IMG/VR virus record: IMGVR_UViG_3300028423_000861
Span: 64,001 to 128,000 of that record
DNA: 64,000 bases
DNA from: a virus
Strand: one strand, 5' to 3'
Shown: in pieces, positions 22,144 through 33,738 of the stretch
Layout of the letters: every line of letters begins with the position of its first letter
Position numbering within the stretch: position 1 is the first letter of the stretch
Made by a program: the position numbers and the translations under genes
The notes under the pieces: generated by a model
Seen by the model: the letters and a program-made list of their open reading frames with translations, nothing else
Databases searched by the model: none
Told to the model about the DNA's origin: nothing

Positions 22144-22518
22144 TCAATTGTCAACATCGACTTCTGTTAATCCATGCTCTCTATCAAGATACTTGTATTC
22201 AATTTTTACTGGATCAAATTGTTCAAGTTGTTTGAATACCACTTGGGGATCGAAAGGACCACAAGTATATACATCAAGTTGCATTAGACCAGGCTGTGCT
22301 TCGTCCCAGACATGAAGGGCGATATGACTGGTCTCGATAATTACGACTCCTGTGACACCACGATTTCCTGGCACTTCAACGTAATCAGCAAATGGACCTT
22401 TTAACGCTTTCATGCCAATTTGATCAACAAGATTACTGAGCCAATCCTCAACAAAAACAGTGTCTGCAGGAGGCGAATTAACTTCAGCACGAACAATCAA
22501 GTGTTTGTGAACAATCAT
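22144..22518 (-). CDS. speD: S-adenosylmethionine decarboxylase-like proenzyme
   Basis: KHL, GVTGVVIIETSHIALHVW, DVYTCG. Confidence 0.8.
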   Translation of the reverse strand: MIVHKHLIVRAEVNSPPADTVFVEDWLSNLVDQIGMKALKGPFADYVEVPGNRGVTGVVIIETSHIALHVWDEAQPGLMQLDVYTCGPFDPQVVFKQLEQFDPVKIEYKYLDREHGLTEVDVDN

Positions 22519-23090
22519 ATTTTTTCCTTTTATTTTTTGTTGTCGTGAATTTTACGAGCAGTGTTATGACTAATACGCTGGAAAACTCTTCCAAGGCTTT
22601 TGTAGGCATTATTCCAGACCCAGATGGCCGGCTTGCGTGAAACTTCCCAAGTTAAGCTAAATGGCCAGAGGCCAACCCATGTGCCTAGACGCTCTTTGTG
22701 ATCTGATGCATTGAAATCATATGCTGAACTTTCAAGAAAGGCATCAAAACTATTATCTTGATTTGAGCCGCGTTGCATTGACCATTGTTGATACGCAGAC
22801 ATAATTTTTTCCTGATTCTTGCGAATAAACTCTGGCCAGCGCCAGATCCCAGTATATGCGGCGCCAATGCCTACGTAAAAAACCAACATTCCCACCGCCC
22901 ATAATGGATTCGCTGCAATAACTGAAAAAACAGAAATTTTCAAAACAAATTCTAACAGTGCGAACCCACCAATAAATGTGAATGCAGATGCAAAAGCACT
23001 ATCGACTTCAGCTGAAATGAATCCTGCAATTAGAAACAAGATCACAGCAATAATTTCGATAAATCCAAATCCTAGCATTGTTTTAACTCC

Positions 23091-24218
23091 TTAAAATGCA
23101 TCAGGGTGGTATCTCCACCTATCAATAGGATCGTTCCGAGTGACATGCAGTTCAGCTTCCTCGCCATTTCGCTCGATACGATAAACAAAGCAATTGTTCG
23201 TTTGATCAAATTGCTTGATATGAGTAGGATTGAACACAAGGCATTCATCTCCAAACTCATTAGATCCCGCAACTTGTTCAATGGCATTCTTAACCGAATC
23301 TTCTTTGGCAAGATCTTTGGGCATGTCATCATCTGCCCAAATAAGATATTCAAAGTTATTGGGTTGGAAACGATCATAGGTACGATCGACAACAAGTTTC
23401 TTACCACCAGCAACGATTTCAACTTTGTAAGTATCAGTGCTGCGATTTTCTGGCTTGATGTTAAGAACTTCAAGAACTTCGGCAAGGCTTTCCCCATAAC
23501 GATTCATTTCTTCAACTGCGGCATTAAGCATGTCAAAATTAAAGAAACTGAATACCTTGGTATACTTGAGAATATCTTCGATCTGGCTCTGATCCTCAAG
23601 ACGATCTTCAAGAAATTCACGAATAAAATCTTGACCAAGCGTATCAAAGGAGAAGTTGTAATAGATACGGCCCGGACGATTTTGCATGAATTCTGAAACA
23701 TCACGCTCGGTATTCGTAGTCACGAGGAAAAGCTTGCGGCTAGGGAATACTCCATCAAAAAGAGTAAGAATTTTGCGTTGCGTCCCCCAATCATAAATCT
23801 TTTCAAACTCGTCAAACATCACGATTGCAGGCATGTTAATGCTCTGAATAAATGCATTAAACTCATCACCGTGCCAATCTCGATTGATTACGATGGTAGG
23901 GATCTTCATATCACGTCCGCGCACTGCAACTTGCTTCGCAAGAAGAGTTTTCCCTGCGCCCTTGATGCCGCTAAGAAGAACACCCGTGCTGCCAGAACGA
24001 TCCTCAAAGGTTTTTAGGATACGGTCGGCGTAATTATTATTCTTTCCATAGATTTTATCCGGAAGATCGAAATTTTCAATCTGTTCAAGGAAAAACTCGC
24101 CTGCACGTTCATCAAACTTTACCGTGTAAGTTTCAGGAGGCAGATGATCATACGGCTTGATTTCTCCATCGTCACGAATTCGAATCGTGTTACCGCTCTT
24201 AAGGAAAACTTTTTTCAT
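23091..24218 (-). CDS. AAA+ ATPase
   Basis: GIKGAGKT, FDEFEK, TTN, NRPGRI. Confidence 0.9.
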   Translation of the reverse strand: MKKVFLKSGNTIRIRDDGEIKPYDHLPPETYTVKFDERAGEFFLEQIENFDLPDKIYGKNNNYADRILKTFEDRSGSTGVLLSGIKGAGKTLLAKQVAVRGRDMKIPTIVINRDWHGDEFNAFIQSINMPAIVMFDEFEKIYDWGTQRKILTLFDGVFPSRKLFLVTTNTERDVSEFMQNRPGRIYYNFSFDTLGQDFIREFLEDRLEDQSQIEDILKYTKVFSFFNFDMLNAAVEEMNRYGESLAEVLEVLNIKPENRSTDTYKVEIVAGGKKLVVDRTYDRFQPNNFEYLIWADDDMPKDLAKEDSVKNAIEQVAGSNEFGDECLVFNPTHIKQFDQTNNCFVYRIERNGEEAELHVTRNDPIDRWRYHPDAF

Positions 24219-25356
24219 TATTCATTCTCGCTTTGGTTTTTAAAGTTACAAGTCCATGACTCTTTTTCAAAATACTTTGATACTTCTTGTTTGCATACAA
24301 TAGCAGGCGGTTGTTCTGAAGTCAATAACAGATAAAGATATTCTGACTCCAAGTCTTCCAGTGATCGTTGATGTTCGCCACATAGTGCCACAGCACCTTG
24401 TATTACAGTCCCGTCTTCTTTTTCGAGACCAAGAACAACTTTGCACTCATCATTAAATTTTTCAGTCTGAACATCCATTATTGCATAAAACCCGAACTGG
24501 ACAAGAATGACAACGACTGATGATACAGTAATAATTACTTGAGTAGGCATGGGAACCATTAGGTAATGATACCATCGTTCTTCTGGTTGTATCATTTTTC
24601 ATCTACCTCTAGGACAGGACAAACACGGGTTTTAATTGACACGGCATATTCTTTAATTAATTTCCAAAATCCATGTGAATTTTCTTGATTCTCGTCTCCT
24701 GTGATATTGGATTTGTTTTTGTTCGAATAACGATATTTTTCATACAATTCAACCATAATAATGAAGACAGCTACAAAAAACATGAGTAATAATATACCAC
24801 CAAATGTCCACATGATACCTATTGAACCATTCAAGCTCGCTGGCACTACTATAAGTGCAAGGTATAATCCTCCAAATGGAATAATATTGCTGATAATCGC
24901 CAATGGCCCCCAGACCAAAATAGTCCTCATATAAGGACATAGACCTATGCGTTTATTCTCGGGCTGTCCTGCATTGATATAATTATAGTCTCTTAACCAA
25001 ACTGCGAACCATTGTGACATAAAAACATAGAGTTTATAATGCCAACTGTTAGAACTAATCTGCATATTCAACTCTTTCAATTATAGGCATGTCATAGTGG
25101 ACAACTTCAAGTTTTTTAAGCCCGGCAAGTGGTAGGTAACGGTTGCGGCCTTCCACACTCACGCGGTAGTAACGCTGGCCCGGTTTGAGGTTGAGCCAAC
25201 GGCTCGTTCTGTGAGTAAACATGGCGGGATGGGCTGTAAGCATCTTGAGCTCACGCAACACACCACCGATTTTGATCGAAAACAATTTTTCTTTCTTTAC
25301 GTCCCAGAAATAACCAGGACAGTTTGGAACAGGCGTTAGGGTGTCAGGAAAATAGA

Positions 25357-25998
25357 TCATTTGAGTCTCTCGTATGTTTCAAGAACAGCTTGAGCAATAT
25401 AACTTACATCTTCACAACCACTACGAATGTCACGCCAAACGCCATATTGTAAGTCTCTTTCAATATTGTATTCAGCAACTTTATAGAATTCTTCCATGAA
25501 GTCAATAGTATTTTTTGCTGCTTGGATAAAATCAATACCATACAATTCTTTAGCTTCATCTACTATCAACCAAAAATTTTCATATCTTTGCTGTGTGTAA
25601 GAAAGATCTGTTGTATCTAGTCGAATTAGCCAAGGATCAATTTGTGGAATGTATTTGTGATTGATTGTGTTGAGAATCATCTCGTTTGCTGAGGAAACGA
25701 TGACCCCTTCAAACCATTCAGGATATTCTTGTGCAGTTTCTTTGAGTAATTCTGCAGATCTAATTTCTTTATCTGGATGCTCGTCATAAACAACATCGTG
25801 CCATAGTATAGCAAGATCAAGCTTTGAATAATACGGAATATTAAGCAGATTGGCAATCTCATATAGTCTACGAACATGATTGATATTGTGATATTTCCGT
25901 CGAGGATCATCCATGTATTCAGCTACGAACTCTCCCATTTCACTATGAAGCAATTTACTCCAACTAGCATCAATATCATGATTTTGTTCAATGTTCAT
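25357..25998 (-). CDS. HD-superfamily phosphohydrolase
   Basis: RKYHN..H, AILWHDVVY, E..SA. Confidence 0.75.
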   Translation of the reverse strand: MNIEQNHDIDASWSKLLHSEMGEFVAEYMDDPRRKYHNINHVRRLYEIANLLNIPYYSKLDLAILWHDVVYDEHPDKEIRSAELLKETAQEYPEWFEGVIVSSANEMILNTINHKYIPQIDPWLIRLDTTDLSYTQQRYENFWLIVDEAKELYGIDFIQAAKNTIDFMEEFYKVAEYNIERDLQYGVWRDIRSGCEDVSYIAQAVLETYERLK

Positions 25999-26532
25999 TC
26001 CTGAACTCCTGCATTTTCTTTCGATGCACTTCAATTTCATGAATTCTGTTTTTCCAGGCTGTAACTTTTGTTTTATCCTCATCATCAAGACGATCAAAAT
26101 CCAAAATTGAAAGGCCTAGCTTTTCATCAAATTCAAGAAGTTCAAGGCAATTGATACACAGTGTAACATCGCCAGGCTCAGGAACATGGGTCACATCTTC
26201 CAATCCTGTAGCTGCATCAAGCACATGACTACAAGCAGGGCATTTAGATTTTTTGACACGATAAGTCATTTTCCTCCAACTGAGTATCTTCTCGGGCTTC
26301 CTGGAAACTCATTTCATCGATTAGGTTAAGATCAGCATGTGTTTCAATCCAAGCACGGGCACCACAGCGCAGTTGACGTCCATCGTAGACCATTTTACTA
26401 GGGCCCAGGATTTCTACTTCACGTGCATAGCGTGTGGTGCCGTTATTCAATTTGATGGTATAAACAGGACGATTGCCGCCGTCGCTGGCATTCATACTGA
26501 TATGTTGCCTGTTTACGTGTATAATGTGAGGT

Positions 26533-27792
26533 TTATTTTTCATTTAAAATCTCAAGAACAGATTGTTCAACAATATCAAGACCATCATACAACGATGGAT
26601 ATGTAATTGTCAATGGTGCAAGAACCTTTACAACTTCGTCATCAGCACCTGATGTTTCGATAATCAAGCCCTTTTCAAAACAACGTGCGCAAATGCGTTC
26701 TGCTAGTTCTCCAGATCCTACGTCAATACCTTTCATCATATCACGACCTTTTACTTGGGCGCCAGGAATTAGGTCTGCAATTTCTTCTAGACGTTTGCCA
26801 AGTATTTCGCCTTTTCCACGAACCATTCGTGCAAACTTGTCATCAGACCAAAACTTTTCCAGTGCTACACGAGCAGTTACAAAGGCATGTGTGTTGCCGC
26901 GAAATGTTCCATTGTGTTCGGCGGGCTTCCAAATATCAAGTTTTGAATCCAGAAGAACCATAGCAAACGGAAGTCCATACCCACTTAGCGATTTTGCCAG
27001 TGTGATAATATCAGGTTGGACACCCATGTAATCAAACGAAAAGAAGTTCCCAGTTCTTCCTACGCCTGCTTGAATGTCGTCAACAATTAGCAGAGCTCCG
27101 TGCTGTTTTGCTAGCTGCTGAATACCTTGTAGCCATTCCTGTGATGCAGCGTTAAGTCCGCCTTCGCCTTGCACAGTCTCGACGATAAACGCAGCCGGAG
27201 CATCAACGCCGCTGCTGGTGTTGTCGAGCATTGCCCGAGCAACTTCAAGTTCGCCGCCGCCTAGTGCACCATCGTAAGGCAAGTGTGCGACATCACTAAA
27301 CGACACAGGTCCGGCACCACCGCGCTTGCTGGCGTTGCCTGTGAGTGCTAGCGAGCCCATTGTCATGCCGTGGAAGGCGTTGGTAAATGCAACAATGTTA
27401 CGGCGCCCTGTAACCTTGCGAGCAAGCTTTACAGCCGCTTCTACAGCATTAGTTCCAGTAGGTCCAGTCATCATAATTTTGTGATTCATACCGCGCGGTT
27501 CGAGAATCAAACGTTCGAAGGTTTCAATAAACTGGGCTTTTTGTGTAGTATACATGTCGAGCCCGTGCGCAATACCATCATTTGAAATATGTTCAACAAG
27601 CGCCGCTTTCATGTCTTTGTCATTATGACCATAATTGAGTGTTGAGCAGCCCGACAGAAAATCAAAATATTCATTGCCGTCTTCATCAAACAAAAATGTT
27701 CCATAAGCACTGGAAAAGACCTTGTCAAAATTACGGCAATAGCTGCGAACTTCTGATTCACGACTGGCAAAAATCTTTTTATCGGTTTTCAT
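26533..27792 (-). CDS. ectB: diaminobutyrate-2-oxoglutarate transaminase
   Basis: ESEVRSYCR, LNYGHN, GPTGTNAVEAA, DDIQAGVGRTG, AKSLSG, PAEHNGTFRG. Confidence 0.95.
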   Translation of the reverse strand: MKTDKKIFASRESEVRSYCRNFDKVFSSAYGTFLFDEDGNEYFDFLSGCSTLNYGHNDKDMKAALVEHISNDGIAHGLDMYTTQKAQFIETFERLILEPRGMNHKIMMTGPTGTNAVEAAVKLARKVTGRRNIVAFTNAFHGMTMGSLALTGNASKRGGAGPVSFSDVAHLPYDGALGGGELEVARAMLDNTSSGVDAPAAFIVETVQGEGGLNAASQEWLQGIQQLAKQHGALLIVDDIQAGVGRTGNFFSFDYMGVQPDIITLAKSLSGYGLPFAMVLLDSKLDIWKPAEHNGTFRGNTHAFVTARVALEKFWSDDKFARMVRGKGEILGKRLEEIADLIPGAQVKGRDMMKGIDVGSGELAERICARCFEKGLIIETSGADDEVVKVLAPLTITYPSLYDGLDIVEQSVLEILNEK

Positions 27793-28152
27793 TTCGTAAA
27801 AGTTCCTCATATTCTTTTATTTGTTGTTCTATTTCTTTGTCGCTTTCCCAACGACCTTCTTCGTAATTCCAATGCCGAACATCGTAGATATTGAAGTCAA
27901 AGAAATACCCAAACAGTTCAAGACTAATTCCTGGACCAGCGTGGTCATGTCCCCGCCAAGAGAGATCCAGATCAAATCTTAGAATGCTTGGTGTTGCTGC
28001 TTTTGATAACTGAATGCACATTGCTTTACGACGAGAAATTTTCGGTTCTCGCCAAAAGTAATCGTGCTGAACTCTCCCGGGATCTTTAGCCCAGGGGCTT
28101 TCAAACTTGAAAGAAAAATAAATCATAATTTCTTTTCGTGTTTGATGGAAAT

Positions 28153-28255
28153 TGGCGGACCGTTAGCCCGATAAGGTTGGACTCTTGTCTGTGGACCCAT
28201 GCATTGCACGACTTTTTCGGCTCTCTTGTTCTAATAGCAAACTCCGCTACGGTCC
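28153..28255 (-). ncRNA. tRNA-like RNA with perfect acceptor stem and unrecognisable body
   Basis: GGACCGT/ACGGTCC-GCCA. Confidence 0.55.
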
Positions 28256-28305
28256 TAGAGCGGTTCACCTATCAAATTATATGACAGGCTGCTGTCGAAA
28301 TTAAA

Positions 28306-28382
28306 TGGTCTCGGTGGTAGGATTCGAACCTACGGTCTCCTGGACCCAAACCAGGCGCTTTACCAGACTAAGCTACACCGAG
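28306..28382 (-). tRNA. tRNA-Pro(UGG)
   Basis: canonical cloverleaf. Confidence 0.93.
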
Positions 28383-29180
28383 TTAATTATTTATAGATCT
28401 ACTATAACACGTTTCAATCTAACAGTCGAGTCCCAGTGTCCTATTTCAAATAATTGCTCAATGTCTTTTTCAAAAGCCAAGACGTCATCTTCATTATTGG
28501 GATTGAATTGTTCACTAAATTCATCTCCACTGTCTTCGAGGGTCACTTCAAATACATAGCTCTGTGTCATGTTTGTTGTTCTCCTTCAACTAATTCCATG
28601 ATAGGAATGACACGTGGCCTCCCCAAATGATCAAAACCCATGACAACGCCTTGAACATTCTTGAGCATATGATCTGTAATGTAGCCTTCTTTTATAGACT
28701 CATAAGTGATTTCATGATTGCCTGGGTCGCGGCGTCGAATATAACGAACATGACGACCTGTAAGGCTGTTACCATTAACCTGTTCAATTTCACGAAACTT
28801 AGTGGCACTACTAGCCTTAACTTTGACGATCATTCCGGGCTTGAGATTTTCCTGGCACCACTTGGGAATAACTTGATCGCGATATTCCTTTCGTGACCGA
28901 GCGTTTTTTCGACGGGCGGCTGCTTGTGCCGCTTGAATCTCTTTTTGCTTTTGTTGCATCTGATTGTATTTTTCTTCAATCAAGGACACAACCGAAATCA
29001 ATTGCATTTGTTGTGCTGTATCAAGACTGTCAAAATTCTTACAACGATCGACGATAACATCGAAAGCTTCGTCAAGAGACATTTCTGTATTTTGATCACT
29101 CATCTTTGTAAGGCCGTTGTTCAGTGTGCATACGACTTTGCATTACACGAAGAGCTCGATAATAGACATGACGAACTTCG

Positions 29181-29408
29181 TTAGAGTCCATTCTTTCGAT
29201 CATGTCTATTAGATCTTCTCCGCTGGGTTTTGGGTTGGAGGTAGTTGCCATTTTTTACCCTTTCTGGGTCTGATAATGAGTCTAGAATAAACTTTTTTTC
29301 AGAGTCTGTCAATCGCGACCAAGCAGCGATTTCGTAAAGAGTTCTCCCACACCCAATACAGATGTCGTCTTGTATGCGACATATGTTTTGGCATGGCGAC
29401 TCAACCAC
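29181..29408 (-). CDS. DUF1289 family protein
   Basis: SPC..IC....C.GCGRT..EI..W. Confidence 0.8.
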   Translation of the reverse strand: MVESPCQNICRIQDDICIGCGRTLYEIAAWSRLTDSEKKFILDSLSDPERVKNGNYLQPKTQRRRSNRHDRKNGL

Positions 29409-29626
29409 GCTGCCGACCTTTTAAGTTGCCCAGGTTCAATCGACAGACTCCTTGTTAGACAGCCTTGCAAGTTCACGTTCAATTCGCTTTTTTTCTTGTA
29501 TAAGAACAGCGAGCTTTATACGATAACTTGGCAAGTGCTTCTTTTCCTCAAATTGAGCTAACAGTTTTGACAATTTTTTCTCTATTTGTTCCAAATATGT
29601 CATAGCTGTTACTCCTCTTTTGGCCT

Positions 29627-29824
29627 TTATTCGATTATGAAATTAAAGGACTCTAGTTCTTCTCGTAGAACAAAATCATCAGGCAACGCTCTTGGTGTTC
29701 CTTCAAGAACGTCGTCTACTATTTTTTTACTCTCTTTTAAGCCAATCCCGGAATGTTTGTTGATTGCTTGAGTAGCATCAATTTTTCTAGCGCCGGGTCG
29801 CCATCCACTGATAATCATTACCAT
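29627..29824 (-). CDS. small protein resembling the ribosomal L7/L12 C-terminal domain
   Basis: KI.A...I....GIGLKESKKIVD. Confidence 0.55.
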   Translation of the reverse strand: MVMIISGWRPGARKIDATQAINKHSGIGLKESKKIVDDVLEGTPRALPDDFVLREELESFNFIIE

Positions 29825-29870
29825 CTCCTCAAGACAAAAATACTGGCTTCATGCCAGTATTTAACGTATT

Positions 29871-29947
29871 TGGTACGGGTGGTCGGATTCGAACCGACAC
29901 TGAACAGGGTTTGAATCTGGTGCCTCTGCCAATTGGGCTACACCCGC
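29871..29947 (-). tRNA. tRNA-Leu(CAA), short V-arm, weak anticodon stem
   Basis: same scaffold as 43394-43470; loop TTCAAAC. Confidence 0.7.
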
Positions 29948-29953
29948 ATATTT

Positions 29954-30044
29954 TGGTGGTAGACCTGGGTAACGATCCCAGCCGTGCACCCTAATCTGGG
30001 GCTACAAGTTTATAAATCTCGCCTGCACACCTGTGCTATCTACC
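29954..30044 (-). tRNA. atypical tRNA-Ile(UAU) with long V-arm
   Basis: GGTAGAT/GTCTACC-ACCA, loop TTTATAA, altered T-loop. Confidence 0.65.
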
Positions 30045-30064
30045 AAATAAAAAAATTTTTAATA

Positions 30065-30152
30065 TGGCACCCCCTGGAGGAATTGAACCCCTTGGCTTCC
30101 ATCCCACTATTTTACGCCGAGAGTTTAGAAGACTCTTGTGGGGTCAGGAGGC
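30065..30152 (-). tRNA. atypical tRNA with UCU anticodon, no D-arm, 8/4 fold
   Basis: GCCTCCTG/CAGGGGGT-GCCA, AGAGT-CTTCTAA-ACTCT. Confidence 0.65.
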
Positions 30153-30827
30153 AGAAATTACTTTTTTTGCCCATCTATACCAATGACTCACAGCACCAGG
30201 ATAACCCATTTCTTTTAGTGCTGCGTTTAAGCTACCTTTCTTTTTATAGAACTCTAATAGCTCTTGCTCTCTGCCATAGTATGAGGCTGTTTTTGTTCTT
30301 CTATCTTTACATTTTTTACTACATATACGCTCGTTCTTTTGAGGTCGAAAACTACCCCCACACTCTAAACATTTTACCTTTTCTTTAGGAACGTATCTGC
30401 CTTTAATCCATCCAATTTTAATATATACTTCTAATTCAGTTTTTGCAATCTTTTTATTTTGTAGAGTTATTGGATCGTATATCCAACAAGACCCGTATTG
30501 TGAATTTCTTACACCAAAAGAGTTGATCTTTGCCGCATTCTGATGCTGACGCTTGATCCATCCATAGCGTTTATTGCTTCGAATTGCCTTACTTCCAGAC
30601 ACTGTCATCATATTAAGCGCAAAGATTAACTTGGCATTATCAGGATACATTTTAACTAACAGTTGGTGTGCTACATAATGTTCTTCTGGTGTTAGATTTA
30701 CAATATTATTTTTACTATTATCCCCTCCCAAACAACGTGGAATAATGTGATGTTTTTCAAAATATCCTTCAAGTATCCGATTTTTAGCCTTTGACATAAG
30801 GCTGTTATAGTGAAAATAATAATCCAT
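30144..30827 (-). CDS. HNH homing endonuclease
   Basis: EKHHIIPRCLGG...NIVNLTPEEHYVAH. Confidence 0.9.
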   Translation of the reverse strand: MDYYFHYNSLMSKAKNRILEGYFEKHHIIPRCLGGDNSKNNIVNLTPEEHYVAHQLLVKMYPDNAKLIFALNMMTVSGSKAIRSNKRYGWIKRQHQNAAKINSFGVRNSQYGSCWIYDPITLQNKKIAKTELEVYIKIGWIKGRYVPKEKVKCLECGGSFRPQKNERICSKKCKDRRTKTASYYGREQELLEFYKKKGSLNAALKEMGYPGAVSHWYRWAKKVISAS

Positions 30828-30854
30828 GCTTATATTTATAGAGGCATGTATTAA

Positions 30855-30944
30855 TGGCGGAGGGCCCGAGAATCGAACTCGATGCGCTTTCACGCACAAT
30901 CGGTTTAGCAAACCGTTCCAGGCACCAGCCTGATTGTACCCTCC
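30855..30944 (-). tRNA. tRNA-Ser(GCU)
   Basis: loop TTGCTAA, long V-arm. Confidence 0.88.
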
Positions 30945-30962
30945 AGGTATTCATATTTATTT

Positions 30963-31052
30963 TGGCGGATAGGGTGGGAGTCGAACCCACACGACGCTTT
31001 AAGTCCTAACTGATTTCAAATCAGCGGCCACCTCCAATTGGCTTGCCTATCC
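30963..31052 (-). tRNA. tRNA-Ser(UGA)
   Basis: GCTGA-TTTGAAA-TCAGT. Confidence 0.9.
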
Positions 31053-31062
31053 ATATGTTGTG

Positions 31063-31143
31063 CGGAAGGTGGAGTAATCGAAACCCGAACCTTTCGGTCC
31101 CCCTGGAGTTCGAATCCAGTTTGCCACCTTGACGGCACCTTCC
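31063..31143 (-). tRNA. tRNA-Ser(CGA), 8/4 fold, no encoded CCA
   Basis: GGAAGGTG/CACCTTCC-G, CTGGA-TTCGAAC-TCCAG. Confidence 0.75.
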
Positions 31144-32127
31144 CCATATTCAAAATGCTGGTAGTCATACATGCATTCTCTTAGCTTGCCCGCCCTATGT
31201 CTTTGTATTTGACTTTGGCAAGTGCCAGCAATTTTATGGTCTCGGGATTGAAAATTGAACATCTTGAATGTTCTTGATGTCTTGGATTATCTGGTTACGC
31301 TCCATAGGTGTAGTTGTGGCAAAGAAACCTATTACCACACCAGCAACAACAATATAAGGAATCATTCCAATCATTCCAATCTCCTTACTGTATGTTGGCA
31401 ATATACACTACTGCCAACATTGTTGTCAACGGAAACGTCGATGCAAATAATTTTTTCGTCGAATCTGTATACATCAATACCTCCTTATATGTGCATTTTT
31501 GAACGTATATTACTCACCCATTGACTTACGATCCACTCATCTGGGTCATCTTCATACCAGTCATCTTCGTCAATGTAACTTTCTTCTCGATGTTTGAATT
31601 TCTCATACATCTTATAATATTCTTCATTGGGCTTGAGCTCACGAAGATCATTTGCAGTGCAGCGAAGCTTGAACATTGTAAATTCTTCATCACTATTAAA
31701 TTCAGTAATGTAGAAGGTTGTGCTACATGCGCCGCCCACCGTTTTAATGCCTACATGTTTTAATCCATCACATGCCTCTCGTAGCTGTTTTCCATAAATT
31801 GTGATAACACGGATAACAACTTCTGGTTTATCAAGCCGTTGCTTGATTTCAGGCGTAAGTTCATTCAAGTGTGCAACATTATCATCATCAATTACGAGAT
31901 GACAATTCTTGATCTTGATGCTGCCTTTTGTGTGTGAATTTTTCGGGGTTTCCTTTGTAGACCATGGAACACTACATTCAACGTGTTCGACATAATAGCT
32001 TTCGCCTTTGGCCTTGATAACCCACATAGGAATCGTGGGGTCTTCCAAATGTTTTTTATTGAAGTGGAAAACTGCTTCTTTACATGCTAATTCAAAGTTC
32101 TAAGACATAATTAACTCCTTGATTGTC

Positions 32128-32532
32128 TTATGGAATATACTGCATATCGACTCCATTGTCAATATCATTATCGTTAGATTCAATTTCGAATCCTAACTTT
32201 TGATACCAGTTGACAAGTTGCTCAGTGCTCATCATGTCATCACGATATGCTTTTGCTGTGAGTTTAAGAGTGACACCATGTTCTTTTGCGAGCTTTTGTA
32301 GCAACCTCATTGCTGCTGATGCATGTCCTTTTCGTGGATCAAGTGAAGTAATATCACTTATTCTTACGTTGCCGCCTTGGCGACTTGCTTCAACGGCAGC
32401 GCCTCCAATAATACGAACACGATCATTGAAAGGGTGCTCTTCACTCATATCCAAGAAATCTTCCAAAAAGTCCTCAGCTGGACCTTTGTTAACACTTCCT
32501 AGTTTGACACGGGCTACTTCTTTAACTCTCAT
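32128..32532 (-). CDS. GNAT acetyltransferase
   Basis: PRKGHASAAM, L.LTA, LVNWYQKLGF. Confidence 0.8.
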   Translation of the reverse strand: MRVKEVARVKLGSVNKGPAEDFLEDFLDMSEEHPFNDRVRIIGGAAVEASRQGGNVRISDITSLDPRKGHASAAMRLLQKLAKEHGVTLKLTAKAYRDDMMSTEQLVNWYQKLGFEIESNDNDIDNGVDMQYIP

Positions 32533-32545
32533 AAAAATATTTATC

Positions 32546-32624
32546 TGGTAGCCCCAGCGGGGTTCGAACCCGCACCCTCTGGCTTGAGAGGCCAGCGTCC
32601 AGATGCCACTTAGACCGTGGGGCC
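32546..32624 (-). tRNA. tRNA-Glu(CUC)
   Basis: CTGGC-CTCTCAA-GCCAG. Confidence 0.9.
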
Positions 32625-32732
32625 ATTCGACATGAAAATTTTTTCATGTCTTATACAGGACTGTTTGTCCATCTGATGCACTGTTGGAGTCACCGGAGTG
32701 AACACGCTCGCTCGTTGCTCTCGTGGGGAAAT

Positions 32733-32812
32733 TGGTCGGCCAAGCCAGGACGCCACTTCCTGCATCTCACCCCCTTTCACCGGGGCTACTCGCGATTTTG
32801 AGTTATTGGCCT
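32733..32812 (-). ncRNA. tRNA-shaped RNA with non-canonical loops
   Basis: GGCCAA/TTGGCC, three hairpin arms, ACCA. Confidence 0.55.
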
Positions 32813-32851
32813 CTCTAATGCCTACGTATGGTAGCTACGTGGCAAGCTTTT

Positions 32852-32937
32852 TGGTAGGGCAAACTGGTATCCACCCAGTATCTACGGGCCCAGCGCCCGG
32901 TGTCCTGATTTTCTAAAGTTTATTAGACGATCGCCCC
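32852..32937 (-). ncRNA. degenerate tRNA-like RNA (possible CUG anticodon)
   Basis: acceptor stem and ACCA, enlarged D-loop, T-loop GTGGATA. Confidence 0.55.
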
Positions 32938-32943
32938 GAAATT

Positions 32944-33020
32944 TGGTGCCCAGGAGAGGACTCGAACCTCCAACACCTACGCCCTCAACGTAGTGCGTCT
33001 GCCAATTGCGCCACCTGGGC
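32944..33020 (-). tRNA. tRNA-Leu(GAG), short V-arm
   Basis: CTACG-TTGAGGG-CGTAG. Confidence 0.88.
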
Positions 33021-33316
33021 ATAAACACTTAACTTCATCCCTGGATTCATAGTCCAGGCCGGCTCCAAGACCGCATTCTGATTTAGATACTTCGTTATTG
33101 TGTTTGTTTACATTCAATCTTTATTTCAAGAACATCTGGGGAAATATACCTATATTCCTGAAATGGAAAAATTTGATTTAAAGTAGTTCTTCCACTCAAA
33201 TAGCAACCAGTTAGGGATCTAAAAGTATAGTTATCAACTTCAATACGTTGAGCCCTTTGTTCTCCAGATTGCATTGTAAGAATGAGGATGATTGCTAATT
33301 TGAACATGTATATCCT

Positions 33317-33391
33317 TGGTGGGCAAGGAGGGATTCGAACCCCCAACCTAATGCGTGTAAAGCACCCGCGCTACCGTTGCGCCACTCGCCC
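33317..33391 (-). tRNA. tRNA-Val(UAC)
   Basis: loop TTTACAC. Confidence 0.88.
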
Positions 33392-33570
33392 TTTTAATAA
33401 TCTTCATCAATATCAAAAATATGAACTAAAGGAATCTTTTTAACTGGATAGTCTTTGCCACGAAAAATACAATAAAGAGGCCCTTTCGTGTATGTTGACA
33501 CTACGTTGTCAAATTCAAGTGCTTGGCTGTTTTCATATAACCTTACTTTGACTTTCATTGTGTATCCTTT

Positions 33571-33645
33571 TGGTGGGTCCTACTAGGATCGAACTAGTGA
33601 CCTCCACGATGTCAACGTGATGCTCTACCTCTGAGCTAAGGACCC
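33571..33645 (-). tRNA. tRNA-Val(GAC)
   Basis: canonical cloverleaf. Confidence 0.92.
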
Positions 33646-33652
33646 AAAAACA

Positions 33653-33728
33653 TGGAGGCGTAGGAAGGACTCGAACCTTCATAAAACCGGGTTGCAGCCG
33701 GTGACGTCGCCGTTCCGCCCACTACGCC
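33653..33728 (-). tRNA. tRNA-Cys(GCA)
   Basis: ACCGG-CTGCAAC-CCGGT, U73. Confidence 0.9.
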
Positions 33729-33738
33729 AATAATTTTA

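Noticed and set aside
29871-30044. Opal (UCA) or ochre (UUA) suppressor readings of two tRNAs
   Set aside because: Stem register centres the loops on CAA and UAU
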